DNA of 61,567 nt from the NCBI GenBank assembly GCA_009926845.1, contig RFOF01000001.1:1-61567 (forward strand), read 5' to 3'. The position numbers were made by a program, and so were the translations under genes. Positions 46,714-57,011 of this stretch are shown piece after piece (within the stretch, counting starts at the first letter, position 1; every line of letters starts with the position of its first letter). Source of the DNA: Alphaproteobacteria bacterium. Lineage in GTDB: Bacteria > Pseudomonadota > Alphaproteobacteria > Rickettsiales > SXRF01. The notes below the pieces were generated by a model. It did not search any database. It was not told where the DNA came from and saw only the letters and a list, made by a program, of their open reading frames with translations.

Positions 46714-46941
46714 TGCGGCGGCTATAACCGCATCGTTGCTGCCGCGCATATGATTGTGGAGTCCAAAGGGCTGGAAGATGCGTTCGACTTTGAAAAAACC
46801 ACCAGCCGGATGCGTGTGGCCGATCAGGGCCTCGTCGCCGCGATGAACTATATCATCGCTCACCAAAAACTTTCGCCGCAAACATTGCAGGAGCTCACCT
46901 CCCCTGTTCAGGTTGGGCAGCAAGGCAGCATGCGCCGTTAG
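46714..46941 (+). pseudogene. C-terminal fragment paralogous to the 302-aa protein at 5708..6616
   Basis: AFDFEKTTSRMRVADQGLVAAMNYIIAHQKLSPQTLQEL aligns with PFDFVKTTARMRVADQGLVAAMHYIVSHQKLSPQTLQEL. By hand count, 33 of 40 residues are identical. No upstream coding part exists, and an in-frame stop lies at 46711. Confidence 0.55.
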
Positions 46942-47008
46942 TTTGCTAGTTGCGTGTTGCTGGTTGCTGGGCTAAATAAATAGCCATCACTCACAACAAG
47001 GACTTCCC

Positions 47009-48400
47009 ATGACCAACATCCGCGTAGAATCTGATTCTTTTGGCAATATCGACTGCCCAGCCGATAAATATTGGGGTGCGCAGACGCAGCGCAGCCTGCA
47101 GAATTTTAAAATCGGTGGCGAGGCAATGCCAAAGCCACTCATCACCGCCTTTGGCATTTTGAAACTGGCCGCCGCCAAAGTGAATATGGCACTGGGAGTG
47201 CTGCCGGGTGATATTGGTGAGAAAATTGTGGTTGCGGCACAGGAAGTCATCGATGGCAAAATGGACGGCAATTTTCCGCTCGTCGTGTGGCAGACTGGCA
47301 GCGGCACGCAGACGAACATGAACGTCAACGAAGTTATCTCCAATCGCGCCATTGAAATGGCGGGTGGGCAGATGGGAAGCAAAAAACCCATCCACCCGAA
47401 TGACCATGTGAACATGGGGCAAAGCAGCAACGATTCTTTTCCCACCGCGATGCATATTGCGGCGGCGTATGAAATTAAAAATCGCCTCATCCCCGCGCTC
47501 AAACACTTGCATGGCGCGCTCAAACAAAAGCAGGATGAATTCAAAGACATCATCAAAATTGGCCGCACACACACGCAAGATGCAACGCCACTGACGCTTG
47601 GTCAGGAATTTTCGGGCTATGTGAAGCAAGTGGAAAATGCAATTCGTCGCGCCGAAAGCACCCTGCCCGCACTCTATGAACTAGCGCAAGGCGGCACGGC
47701 GGTCGGCACGGGCCTGAACGCCAAAATAGGTTTTGCGGAAAAATTCGCAGCGGAAGTAGCAGGCATCACGGGGCTACCTTTTATCACCGCGCCCAATAAA
47801 TTCGAAGCACTTGCGGCAAATGATGCGCTGGTAGAAGCATCGGGCGCGCTGAACGTCATGGCGGTTTCATTCATGAAAATTGCCAACGACATTCGCTTCC
47901 TAGGCTCTGGCCCACGCTCTGGCCTTGGCGAGCTTTCGCTGCCAGAAAATGAACCGGGCTCTTCCATCATGCCGGGCAAAGTGAACCCCACGCAGTGCGA
48001 AGCACTGACGATGGTTGCGGCGCAGGTGATGGGCAACCATGTGGCGGTAACCATCGCCGGTTCCAACGGGCATTTCGAGCTCAACGTGTTCAAACCGGTC
48101 ATCATCTATAACGTGTTGCAGTCTATCCGCTTGCTGGCGGACGGCGCGGTGAGCTTTACCGATAATTGCGTGGTCGGCATTGAAGCCAATACGGATCGCA
48201 TCGCAAAGCTGATGCAGGAATCGCTGATGCTGGTCACTTCACTCAACCCGCATATCGGCTATGATAATGCCGCCAAAATCGCCAAAAAAGCGCACAAGGA
48301 ACATAGCTCGCTGAAAGAAGCAGGTATTGCACTGGGCTTGCTCACGAGTGAACAATTTGATGAGTGGGTGAAGCCAGAGACGATGCTCGGGCCGAACTAA
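47009..48400 (+). CDS. fumC: Class II fumarate hydratase
   Basis: It has [16 protein letters not shown] (the fumarate lyase signature) and the N-terminal [25 protein letters not shown], and is 463 aa long. Confidence 0.95.
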   Translation: MTNIRVESDSFGNIDCPADKYWGAQTQRSLQNFKIGGEAMPKPLITAFGILKLAAAKVNMALGVLPGDIGEKIVVAAQEVIDGKMDGNFPLVVWQTGSGTQTNMNVNEVISNRAIEMAGGQMGSKKPIHPNDHVNMGQSSNDSFPTAMHIAAAYEIKNRLIPALKHLHGALKQKQDEFKDIIKIGRTHTQDATPLTLGQEFSGYVKQVENAIRRAESTLPALYELAQGGTAVGTGLNAKIGFAEKFAAEVAGITGLPFITAPNKFEALAANDALVEASGALNVMAVSFMKIANDIRFLGSGPRSGLGELSLPENEPGSSIMPGKVNPTQCEALTMVAAQVMGNHVAVTIAGSNGHFELNVFKPVIIYNVLQSIRLLADGAVSFTDNCVVGIEANTDRIAKLMQESLMLVTSLNPHIGYDNAAKIAKKAHKEHSSLKEAGIALGLLTSEQFDEWVKPETMLGPN

Positions 48401-48404
48401 GATA

Positions 48405-49454
48405 TTACCCCTCTTTAGTTACCCGATTCCGACCATCATGTTTGGAGCGGTAGAGGGCTTCGTCGGCACGTTTGATGAGTGATGGCAGGGTGTCAGATTC
48501 GGGGCGCAGCCGGGCAACACCAATGGAAACAGTGATTGTACCATAATTTTCGCCGGTATTGCGTTGCTTCAGTTCTTTACTAGCGATGTTGCTGCGGATG
48601 ATTTCTGCTACGCGCATCGCGCCTTCTAGGCCGGTTTCAGGCAGAATAACGATAAACTCCTCGCCGCCAAAACGCGCCACCACGTCGCGGCCTTTGAGCA
48701 TATTCATCAGCGAATGCGCTACGATCTTCAGCACCTCGTCGCCCAGCAAATGGCCGAACGTGTCGTTAAAGCGCTTAAAGTGATCGATATCGAGCATCAG
48801 AAGGCACATCTCTTTTTTCTCTTCTTTGACCAGTGCCATCTGCTCGTCGAACATTTGTTCAAAGGTTTTGCGGTTATACACGCCGGTCAGGAAGTCACGC
48901 TGGCTAGCATGCGTGACCTTCTCAAGCTCTTTGCGCAGCGTATCAATTTCTTTGGTCGATTCTTCGAGTTTCTGGCCGATGCTTTCGCTGCGTTCTTTGA
49001 ACTGTGCGGTGGTCGCCATCAGGTCTTTGAAAATGGCACGAACATCAGGGTGATCAATGCTTTTGCCAATCTGATGCATATAAACATCGAGGCTTTTATT
49101 GTAGTTGCTTGTTTCTCCGGTAAGGCCGGTAGCAATTTTGAGCATTTCAGTCAGTGTTCTTTGCGCATTTTCCGCCGCTTCATCAACCGTTTTCTGACCG
49201 GTATTAGATGCTGCCAACACAAATTTATTATACAGATAGCCCAGCGTTTCTTTGGAAAAGGAGATATTATGTTCGATGACGTGCTCAATTTCGCGTACAA
49301 GCGCTGTATTTTCACCGCTGGCATAAAAAAACCACACAGCATAATGTTCCGGCGTTGGCGAAATGCCATGCTTTTCCATCAGCGAAATGGCTGCTTTGGC
49401 AAGCTGCGATTCTTTGTTGTCAGAGGCGGTCATAAGGGGGGCTGCATTTGTCAT
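48405..49454 (-). CDS. Diguanylate cyclase (GGDEF domain, GGEEF active site) with an uncharacterised N-terminal domain
   Basis: It has RDFLTGVYNR, LLMLDIDHFKRFNDTFGH and RFGGEEFIVILPET. Confidence 0.85.
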   Translation of the reverse strand: MTNAAPLMTASDNKESQLAKAAISLMEKHGISPTPEHYAVWFFYASGENTALVREIEHVIEHNISFSKETLGYLYNKFVLAASNTGQKTVDEAAENAQRTLTEMLKIATGLTGETSNYNKSLDVYMHQIGKSIDHPDVRAIFKDLMATTAQFKERSESIGQKLEESTKEIDTLRKELEKVTHASQRDFLTGVYNRKTFEQMFDEQMALVKEEKKEMCLLMLDIDHFKRFNDTFGHLLGDEVLKIVAHSLMNMLKGRDVVARFGGEEFIVILPETGLEGAMRVAEIIRSNIASKELKQRNTGENYGTITVSIGVARLRPESDTLPSLIKRADEALYRSKHDGRNRVTKEG

Positions 49455-49503
49455 AGATAAGCAGTCTAGCGCGTAGAAGTTAAAAAAGTGCTAGCGGGTG
49501 AAA

Positions 49504-50997
49504 TTATTTCCAAATAGATTTTCCATCGCCGCCCAGCCCCAGTTTTCCCCATATTTCATCAATCTTTTCAACCACTTTTTCGTCCATGGCGATTTCTTTG
49601 CCCCACTCCCTGTGCGTTTCGGGTGGTAGCTTGTTTGTCGCGTCAAAGCCAACCTTGCCGCCAAGGCCCGATTCTGGCGAGGCAAAATCGAGATAATCAA
49701 TCGGGGTGTTTTCTAAAATGGTCAGATCGCGCGCGGGGTCCATGCGGGTAGACATCGCCCAGATAACGTCTTTCCAGTCGCGGCAGTTGATGTCGTCATC
49801 GACCACGATGACCCATTTAGTATAAACGAACTGGCGCAGGAACGACCAGATGCCGAGCATGATGCGCTTGGCGTGCCCTGGATAGGCCTTTTTGATGCTG
49901 ACCACTGCCACGCGATATGAACAGCCCTCGGGCGGTAACCAGAAATCGACGATCTCGGGAAATTGTTGTTGCAGTAGCGGAATGAACACCTCATTGAGCG
50001 CTTCTCCAAGCACGGATGGCTCATCCGGTGGGCGGCCAGTGTAGGTGGTGAGATATATCGGATTCCTCCGCATGGTAATTGCGGTGATGGTGAACACCGG
50101 AAATTTTTCCACTGAGTTATAATAGCCCGTGTGGTCGCCGTAAGGGCCTTCGTCGCCATACTCATCCAAGCTCACAAAACCTTCGAGCACAATCTCGGCA
50201 TTAGCAGGGACTTTCAGCGGCACAGTTTTACACTCCACCAGCTCCACTTTTTTGCCGCGCAGTAGGCCAGCGAATTGATATTCCGACAGCGTGTCTGGCA
50301 CGGGCGTGACCGCCGCCAAGATCGTCGCTGGGTCGCAGCCGATGACCACCGCTGCGGGTAGCGGCTCCCTTTTTTCCTTGCCCCAGCGCGCATGGTGCTG
50401 CGCGCCGCCGCGATGCTTCAGCCAGCGCATCAGCGTTTTATTTTTGCCGAGCACCTGCATGCGGTAAATGCCGAGATTGTAGTTGTCTTCCTTCGCGCCC
50501 GATGGGCCACGGGTGACGACCAGCGGCCAAGTGATAAGCGGCGCGGGCTCGCCCGGCCAGCAGGTTTGAATGGGGAGTTTGCCCAGGTCGATATCATCGC
50601 CCGTCAGCACCACTTCCTGACAGGGTGCGTTTTTTACCGTGGCGGGCTTCATCGCCATCACGGTTTTCAGCAGCGGTAACATACCGATGGCTTCTTTAAC
50701 GCTGCCCGGAGGTTCAGGTTGTTTGAGAAATGCAAGTTGCTCCCCTACTCCGCGCAGCTCTTCGGGTTTTTTGCCCATGCCAAGCGCCACGCGCTGGACG
50801 GTTCCAAATAGGTTGATGAGCACAGGAGTGTCGCTACCCGCTACATTCTCAAACAGCACCGCCGGCCCGCCTTGCGCAATCAGGCGCGTACCTATCTCGG
50901 TCATCTCCAGATAGGGCGAGACAGGCTCTTTCACCCGCACCAGCTGGCCGGTTTTTTCAAGGGCATCAATAAAATCGCGGAGGGATTCAAAGATCAT
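49504..50997 (-). CDS. ubiD: UbiD-family 4-hydroxy-3-polyprenylbenzoate decarboxylase
   Basis: It has [36 protein letters not shown] and [10 protein letters not shown], and is 497 aa long. Confidence 0.9.
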   Translation of the reverse strand: MIFESLRDFIDALEKTGQLVRVKEPVSPYLEMTEIGTRLIAQGGPAVLFENVAGSDTPVLINLFGTVQRVALGMGKKPEELRGVGEQLAFLKQPEPPGSVKEAIGMLPLLKTVMAMKPATVKNAPCQEVVLTGDDIDLGKLPIQTCWPGEPAPLITWPLVVTRGPSGAKEDNYNLGIYRMQVLGKNKTLMRWLKHRGGAQHHARWGKEKREPLPAAVVIGCDPATILAAVTPVPDTLSEYQFAGLLRGKKVELVECKTVPLKVPANAEIVLEGFVSLDEYGDEGPYGDHTGYYNSVEKFPVFTITAITMRRNPIYLTTYTGRPPDEPSVLGEALNEVFIPLLQQQFPEIVDFWLPPEGCSYRVAVVSIKKAYPGHAKRIMLGIWSFLRQFVYTKWVIVVDDDINCRDWKDVIWAMSTRMDPARDLTILENTPIDYLDFASPESGLGGKVGFDATNKLPPETHREWGKEIAMDEKVVEKIDEIWGKLGLGGDGKSIWK

Positions 50998-51088
50998 AGA
51001 AAATTGTCACAAAATCTTCATATTTATATTAATTATATTCTGTATTGTATCCTACAAAGAACTAAATATAAACGCGAGGAATATAATT

Positions 51089-51559
51089 ATGGCAGGTGGT
51101 GGCTTTACAACTCGTTTATTAGATGGTGAGTATACGGAAAGTTTGCGCGCAATCAAAAGGACGCTAGAAGAAAAACTTGGTGAGACAGGAAAGATAAAAC
51201 CTCGTTTTATTGCAGCTAAACACTCGTCAGAACCAGCAAAAGCCGGAGCGTATAAAAAGGCATTGGATGGTACTGGCGTATGCGTATCAGCTGTTCATTT
51301 TGTCAATTATGATAAAATACAAACTGATAATGATGGCCTTCAAGGGGTTTATAGAATAGGAATAGACTCACTTTTATCCACTCAAGATTTTTTTGAAAAA
51401 ACAGGCATCAATCCTGAAAGTTGTAACATTGAGGTCGGCGCAGCTAATGCAAAAGATTCAGAATATCCGCCCCATCCAACGGTGATTACTACTTGGGAAT
51501 CAGAAATAGAAAACAAGCTAGGAATAAAGCGCGAGAAAATGTCGGCTCCAGCCAAGTAA
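51089..51559 (+). CDS. Hypothetical protein (AT-rich orphan)
   Basis: It is a 156-aa ORF with no recognised domain. Its composition is more AT-rich than ubiD next to it. Confidence 0.45.
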   Translation: MAGGGFTTRLLDGEYTESLRAIKRTLEEKLGETGKIKPRFIAAKHSSEPAKAGAYKKALDGTGVCVSAVHFVNYDKIQTDNDGLQGVYRIGIDSLLSTQDFFEKTGINPESCNIEVGAANAKDSEYPPHPTVITTWESEIENKLGIKREKMSAPAK

Positions 51560-51570
51560 TTTGCAATATA

Positions 51571-52074
51571 TTACTTCAAAAACCTTATCATTTGCACGTC
51601 GTCAATATAGCTGCCATCGGCGAGTTTTAAAATATGCATTTCGATGCCACAGGGGATGAAGCCAAGCTTTTGATAAATTCCAACGGTGATGGGGTTTTGG
51701 ATGTTGGTGCTGATGGTCACCAGCTCCAGCCCTGCCTTTTTTGCCTCTTCCACCACTATTTCAATGAGTTTTTTGGCAAGGCCATGACCACGCGCTTCAG
51801 GGATAACATACACGCCCCAGACCGTGCCTTTGTGCTGCAATTTTTTACCTTGGTGGATATAGAGCCCGCTGCTGCCCACCAACTCGCCATCCATGAATGC
51901 GCCCGCTATCCAGCCGTTTTTGAAATGGCGCAGAAAATGCTCGGTGGGCTTTTGCGCTAAATCGTCAACATCTTCCAGAAATGCGTGTGGCTCCTCGCGG
52001 CAACCGCGCAGGCGCAGCGCTTGAAAAATAGCGACATCTTCGGGGGTCAATAGACGGATGGCAATGTTGTCCAT
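51571..52074 (-). CDS. GNAT-family N-acetyltransferase
   Basis: The acetyl-CoA-binding motif A reads VYVIPEARGHGLAKKLIE, followed by YQKLGF. The size (167 aa) is typical. Confidence 0.85.
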   Translation of the reverse strand: MDNIAIRLLTPEDVAIFQALRLRGCREEPHAFLEDVDDLAQKPTEHFLRHFKNGWIAGAFMDGELVGSSGLYIHQGKKLQHKGTVWGVYVIPEARGHGLAKKLIEIVVEEAKKAGLELVTISTNIQNPITVGIYQKLGFIPCGIEMHILKLADGSYIDDVQMIRFLK

Positions 52075-52110
52075 AATATCCTTGCCATGCCAGCTAAAGC
52101 TAGCATCCAG

Positions 52111-52224
52111 TTAGGTGTAGTCTTGTCCGCGTTTTTGTGCCTCTACGCCAAGACGCAGCGTGGAGTCGCTCTTCGTGTTGATGCCCGAAATCGGGTCCAT
52201 CTGGATAGCGATGCGGAGAGTCAT
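52111..52224 (-). pseudogene. gshB: N-terminal 37-codon remnant of glutathione synthetase
   Basis: MTLRIAIQMDPISGINTKSDSTLRLGVEAQKRGQDYT* matches the GshB N-terminus pattern (kvaf-QMDPi..iN...DStfaL.lEAQ.RGh), then terminates. It is not in the ORF track. Confidence 0.6.
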
Positions 52225-52233
52225 TTTTTGTTC

Positions 52234-52737
52234 CTAAGGCATTGTCCAAAATGTCGACGCACGAGTACGTCGCGGCCTTTTGTTATCCTCAATTTTCTTC
52301 TGCAAAGCAGCTTCAATTTCTTCATCGAAAGCTTCTGGACGGTGGCTCATGAGATTGTCATCGTCTTTTGGCAAATACAAACGTGCAGATTTGTGAGACA
52401 TTAAATAAATTTCGCGACCATCAAGCAGCTCTAATTTTTTATATGTAAATGGGGAATACTTTCTAAGTGTATGGCTTGTGTATCCTGGCTCATCAGCTAT
52501 TTTAGCTAAAATATCTATTATTGGGGTAATATCTTGTTCACCACGCGCACTAAAAATAATGATGCCTTCAGGAATAGTATATTTAGAATCTCGAAGGATA
52601 GATTGCACTTTCTCATCTACAGGGAATGCCTTTTTCAATAATTCCCTCAATTTACGCGTGTTATTCACGTAAGCAACAGGCCGTAAATCTTCAGCCTCTC
52701 TTACCAAATGTTCCCTTAAGGTTTCTGATCTACTCAT
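52234..52737 (-). CDS. Hypothetical protein
   Basis: It is a 167-aa ORF with no recognised domain. It sits between the glpX and gshB remnants. Confidence 0.45.
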   Translation of the reverse strand: MSRSETLREHLVREAEDLRPVAYVNNTRKLRELLKKAFPVDEKVQSILRDSKYTIPEGIIIFSARGEQDITPIIDILAKIADEPGYTSHTLRKYSPFTYKKLELLDGREIYLMSHKSARLYLPKDDDNLMSHRPEAFDEEIEAALQKKIEDNKRPRRTRASTFWTMP

Positions 52738-52750
52738 TAAATCCTCAAAT

Positions 52751-53365
52751 TTACACAGCCGTTGGATCGCCCCAGGTTTTGCGGGTGAAGTTGTGCTCTG
52801 CCTTCACTGTGCGCACAGTGCCGGTTTTAGAGCGCATGACGATAGAGTGCGTGGTAGCACCGCCCGGGAAGCGGCGCACACCGCGCAGCATCGAGCCATC
52901 GGTGACGCCCGTTGCGGCAAACATCACGTCGCCCTTGGCCATGTCCTCTAAGTGATAGACGCGAGAAAGATCTTCAATGCCCATGCGTTTGGCGCGCTGG
53001 CGTTGTTCGTCTTCGCTGAACAGTAAGCGACCCTGCATCTGCCCACCGATAGAGCGCAGCGCCGCAGCCGCGAGCACACCCTCTGGCGCGCCGCCAATGC
53101 CCATATACATATCAACGCTGGTATCGGGGCGCGAGCACGCAATCACACCCGCAACGTCGCCATCGGAAATGAGCTGGATGCGAGCGCCAGCTTCACGCAC
53201 GCGGGCGATGATTTCTTTGTGGCGGTCACGCTCCAAAATCACAACCAGCAGATCAGAAATATCACATTTTTTAGCTTTGGCGAGATTGGCCAGATTCACT
53301 TTTGGCGCGGCGTTGATGTCAATCACACCAGCGGGAAGTCCGCCGCCCACCGCGATCTTATCCAT
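52751..53365 (-). pseudogene. glpX: 5'-truncated class II fructose-1,6-bisphosphatase (C-terminal ~200 aa only)
   Basis: The ORF begins at the family's internal Y-M-(E/D)-K-I-x-V-G segment (about residue 120 of E. coli GlpX). It is collinear to the C-terminus (GIGGAPEGVLAAAALR...). An in-frame stop lies 3 codons upstream, and only 64 nt separate it from hom. Confidence 0.75.
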
Positions 53366-53429
53366 ATACCAAAGTTACGATCCGACCAAAAGGCCTCTTT
53401 CACATCAGCTTCTTTTTTCGCGATAACGG

Positions 53430-54722
53430 TCATATATTTTCTATCCTTATCATGGTGGGCTGCGCGCGGACGATATCAAGTTTGGCTATCGCCGCAATGG
53501 CTTTTTGCATTGAAAGTTCGAGTGCTTCGTGTGTGGTCAGCACCAGCTCGACGGCTTCACCGGGAGCATGGCCACGCTGGATGAACGAACGCAGCGAGAT
53601 ATTTTCATTCTTGAAAATAGCGGTGACTTCAGCGAGCACGCCGGGTTTATCGGTCACGCTCAGGCGCAAATAATAAGACGATTGCAGCGCATCCACCTTC
53701 GCAAAGGGGAGCGCCGCGAGGCTTGCCACGGGCAGCGTGAACGGTTTATAGACCGTGCCACGCGCGATATCCATGATGTCGGCGACCACCGATGAACCCG
53801 TTGGGCCATCGCCCGCGCCGCGCCCTTCAAAGAACACTTTGCCAACGGAATCGCCCTCAACCTGCACCGCGTTATAGACGCCGCTGACGCTGCCGAGCGG
53901 TGAGGAGGTAGGCACCATGCAGGGATGTACTCGCTGGAGGATTCCGCCCTCAGTGGTTGCGGTGATGCCGAGCAATTTGATGACGTAGCCAAGCTCGGCG
54001 GCAAATTCCATATCGCGCAGTGTCACGCGGCGGATGCCCTCAATGTACACTTCGCCAATGGCAGGCGCGCAAGCGTAGGCCAACGACGTGAGGATGGCGA
54101 GCTTGTGCGCGGTGTCGATGCCGTCAACGTCAAAGCTTGGGTCAGCCTCGGCGTAGCCCTTGGCCATCGCGTCCGCCAGCACTTCATCGAAGTCGCGCTT
54201 TTGTTCCCACATGGCCGTCAAAATATAGTTGCAGGTGCCGTTCATGATGCCGGCAATGCGCGAAAACTGGTTGGCAGCGAGACCATCACGCAGGGCTTTA
54301 ATGATGGGGATTCCGCCCGCAACGGCGGCTTCAAACGCCAGCACTGCGCCGGATTTTTCTGCGAGTTTTGCCAGCTCAATACCGTGATGGGCGATGAGCG
54401 CCTTGTTAGCAGTCACCACCGATTTTCCGGCTTTCAGCGACGCTTCTACGAGGTTTTTGGCCACACCTTCACTGCCGCCGATCATCTCAACGACCACATC
54501 GATTTTCGGGTCAGATGCCATCTGCATCGGGTCATCGAACCACTGCAAATGCGAAATATCGATGCCGCGGTTATGGTGTTTATTACGTGCGGAAACGCCG
54601 ACCACTTCAATTTTTTTGCCGCAGCGTTGCTCTATCAATTTCGCCTGCGAAATGATTATTTGCAGTGTACCACGCCCAACCGTTCCAAGGCCTGCAATGC
54701 CGATGCGTAAGGGAGAACTCAT
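53430..54722 (-). CDS. hom: Homoserine dehydrogenase
   Basis: It has LRIGIAGLGTVGRG, a NAD-binding domain, a catalytic domain, and a C-terminal ACT domain (YYLRLSVTDKPGVLAEVT). It is 430 aa long. Confidence 0.9.
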   Translation of the reverse strand: MSSPLRIGIAGLGTVGRGTLQIIISQAKLIEQRCGKKIEVVGVSARNKHHNRGIDISHLQWFDDPMQMASDPKIDVVVEMIGGSEGVAKNLVEASLKAGKSVVTANKALIAHHGIELAKLAEKSGAVLAFEAAVAGGIPIIKALRDGLAANQFSRIAGIMNGTCNYILTAMWEQKRDFDEVLADAMAKGYAEADPSFDVDGIDTAHKLAILTSLAYACAPAIGEVYIEGIRRVTLRDMEFAAELGYVIKLLGITATTEGGILQRVHPCMVPTSSPLGSVSGVYNAVQVEGDSVGKVFFEGRGAGDGPTGSSVVADIMDIARGTVYKPFTLPVASLAALPFAKVDALQSSYYLRLSVTDKPGVLAEVTAIFKNENISLRSFIQRGHAPGEAVELVLTTHEALELSMQKAIAAIAKLDIVRAQPTMIRIENI

Positions 54723-55942
54723 ACCGCCTCCAGTTCACGCACCATTTTCTCAGGGTCTTCGGCGAGGAACGATTTGATGCCACGCACAGCTTGGCGGATG
54801 CGGTGTTTGTTTTCGACCAGCGCAATGCGCACGAAGCCTTCGCCGCCCGGGCCAAAACCAACGCCGGGAGCCACGGCCACGTCTGCCTGCGTCAGCAGCA
54901 ATTTCGAGAATTCAAGGCAGCCCAGATGTTTGTAGGTCTCGGGAATTTCCGCCCAGAGGAACATCGAGGCGTTTGGCACCGTCACATTCCAGCCCGCATC
55001 GCGAAGCCCATCAGCCAGCACGTCGCGGCGCGCGCGATACATGTTGCGCAGGTTCGCCACATATTCCTGCGGCCCGTTGATAGCTGCGGTGGCAGCCACT
55101 TGAATCGGCAGGAACGTACCATAATCGAGGTAGGATTTTATTTTGGTGAGCGCGGCAACGAGCTTGGGGTTGCCGACGCCAAAGCCAATGCGCCAGCCAG
55201 CCATAGAGTAGGTTTTGCTCATGGTGGTGAACTCGATGGCGATGTCTTTTGCGCCCTTGACTTGAAGGATGGAGGGCGGCGGGTTGCCATCAAAATACAG
55301 CTCGCAGTAAGCCAAATCGGAGATGACGTAAATGCCATAATGTTTGCAGATATCTATTACTTGCTCATAAAACGCGAGGTCTGCCGACATGGCCGTTGGG
55401 TTGCACGGATAATTGACGATGAGCGCAACCGGTTTGCGAGACGCCGTGTCCAACACCTTTTTCAGCGCGCTCAGGAAGTGCTCATCTGGGGTGTTGGGAA
55501 TGGCGATAACTTCCGCGCAACCGGCAATCACAAATCCCCACGTGTGGATTGGATAGCTCGGGTCAGGCACGATGAACGTATCGCCCGGGCCAGTGATGGC
55601 CTGCGCTAAATTCGCCAAACCTTCTTTGCTGCCGATGGTGACGACTACTTCGCGCTCGGGGTCAACTTCCACACCAAAACGGCGCTCATAATAGGCCGCT
55701 TGTGCTTTGCGAAGCCCTTGGATGCCGCGCGAAAGCGAGTAGCCATGCGCTTTAGGGGCTTTGAGCGTTTCCACCATTTTGGCCACCACATGCGGCGGCG
55801 GCGCAGAATCGGGGTTGCCCATGCCAAAATCAATGATGTCGTGGCCTGCCGCGCGGGCAGCCGCTTTCAGGCGGTTGACCTCAGCGAACACATAAGGGGG
55901 CAGGCGCGTAATGCGGTAAAAATCATCGTTCATATCAAGCAA
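54719..55942 (-). CDS. Class I/II PLP-dependent aminotransferase (AlaC / LL-diaminopimelate aminotransferase-like)
   Basis: It has RLPPYVFAEVNRLKAAARAAGHDIIDFGMGNPD and SKTYSMAGWRIGF (PLP lysine). It is coupled to hom by a 4-nt overlap. Confidence 0.85.
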   Translation of the reverse strand: MLDMNDDFYRITRLPPYVFAEVNRLKAAARAAGHDIIDFGMGNPDSAPPPHVVAKMVETLKAPKAHGYSLSRGIQGLRKAQAAYYERRFGVEVDPEREVVVTIGSKEGLANLAQAITGPGDTFIVPDPSYPIHTWGFVIAGCAEVIAIPNTPDEHFLSALKKVLDTASRKPVALIVNYPCNPTAMSADLAFYEQVIDICKHYGIYVISDLAYCELYFDGNPPPSILQVKGAKDIAIEFTTMSKTYSMAGWRIGFGVGNPKLVAALTKIKSYLDYGTFLPIQVAATAAINGPQEYVANLRNMYRARRDVLADGLRDAGWNVTVPNASMFLWAEIPETYKHLGCLEFSKLLLTQADVAVAPGVGFGPGGEGFVRIALVENKHRIRQAVRGIKSFLAEDPEKMVRELEAV

Positions 55943-55955
55943 TTATAATTTGGAG

Positions 55956-57011
55956 TTAGTAAGCAGAGGTGACCGCTTTTTTCTTTTGCAAAAGCGTGGG
56001 CGAAGGCAAGGACGAGGGGCTCGCCGCCACCGCCGGAGCTGCTGCGGGAACGGCACTGGCCACCGGAGCAGATGGAGCAGATGCTGCCACCGAAGAAATA
56101 ATCTCTGCGTCCTCTGGCTTTTCACCCTGGATTACCACGGGTTTTGCCTTTGTCAACGCGGCGGGCACAGCATCCACCAGATCCGATTGCTCTTCGCCGA
56201 GTGCCTCTTTTTGCACCTGTGCAGCCGCATGATCGCTCTTCATTTGATCAAGCTGGCCTGCGTTTTCTTTTTTGATTTCCTCAAAACGTTCCGGCTTTTT
56301 GGGCACGGAGCTCAGCGGCACATACTCTGCGTTTTTCTCAGCCTCTACGCTTGCGGCATCATCCGGCTCGCCGTTATTGAAGAAACGCAAAATGGCCGAA
56401 GATTCTTTTTTCTGAGCCGCTTGTGGCGTCACTGGCGGTGACGCCGGCTTTGACGCTTCAGCCACAGACTCAACCCGCTCCACTTGGCTGTAACCGCGCG
56501 GCAAGCTGAGCGTACGCGCCTCCATATCTGCAGCGCGATCTGTCAGCTTTGCGCCCGTTGCTGTTGGGCCAATTTTGGGCGACTCAAGCGTGCTGGGGCC
56601 TGTTAAAACAGCCGAGGCAAGCGGCGCAACGGCCTGAGTATCCTTTGAATAATAAGGATTTCCTTCGATAGGTTTACGCTCTTCTTTGCTCACCATTTTT
56701 TCTTTCGGCGAAGAACCAAATACACCATCAAGCAGCCCCTTTTCTTTTTCTATGCTTTGTGCTTGCGATGGAGGTGGCGGTGTTTTGTGGCGGCCAGATT
56801 CGCTATACATATCATAAGGGCTGTCCGCTTTTTTTGCAGTGTTTTCAGTCGCTTGGGCTACAGATTTTACTTGGGCTTCCTGATTGAGCGCGGGTGCACG
56901 ACGATTTCCTGTTACCGAACTTCCCGGCCTCTCATCGCCACAGCCAGCCAGCAGCAAAACGGCGCAAGCGCTCGTAATAAGCAGAGAAAAACGACTAAAA
57001 ACCTTGCTCAT
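55956..57011 (-). CDS. Pro/Ala/Ser-rich lipoprotein, function unknown
   Basis: The signal and lipobox read VLLLAGC. The long mature region is low-complexity and probably disordered. Confidence 0.6.
   Translation of the reverse strand: MSKVFSRFSLLITSACAVLLLAGCGDERPGSSVTGNRRAPALNQEAQVKSVAQATENTAKKADSPYDMYSESGRHKTPPPPSQAQSIEKEKGLLDGVFGSSPKEKMVSKEERKPIEGNPYYSKDTQAVAPLASAVLTGPSTLESPKIGPTATGAKLTDRAADMEARTLSLPRGYSQVERVESVAEASKPASPPVTPQAAQKKESSAILRFFNNGEPDDAASVEAEKNAEYVPLSSVPKKPERFEEIKKENAGQLDQMKSDHAAAQVQKEALGEEQSDLVDAVPAALTKAKPVVIQGEKPEDAEIISSVAASAPSAPVASAVPAAAPAVAASPSSLPSPTLLQKKKAVTSAY

Noticed and set aside
46987-47629. 195-aa and 212-aa minus-strand ORFs
   Set aside because: They are entirely antisense to the unambiguous fumC gene and have no motifs. 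They are typical shadow ORFs.
48405-49454. Possible loss of the RxxD inhibitory site in the diguanylate cyclase (KGRD five residues before GGEEF)
   Set aside because: This is a single-residue reading by eye without an alignment. It is common among active DGCs and was not considered noteworthy.
48714-49460. 248-aa plus-strand ORF
   Set aside because: It is antisense to the GGDEF gene, which has clear catalytic motifs.
51571-52074. GNAT as a TacT/AtaT-type toxin of a TA pair
   Set aside because: No DUF1778/RHH antitoxin ORF lies upstream, since the upstream DNA is the gshB stub. The sequence looks like an ordinary small-molecule or protein GNAT.
52087-52404. 105-aa plus-strand ORF
   Set aside because: It overlaps the minus-strand gshB remnant and the 3' end of the 167-aa gene. 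It has no SD and no motif.
53925-55609. 261-aa and 314-aa plus-strand ORFs
   Set aside because: They are antisense to hom and the aminotransferase, both of which have clear family motifs. They are GC-rich shadow frames.
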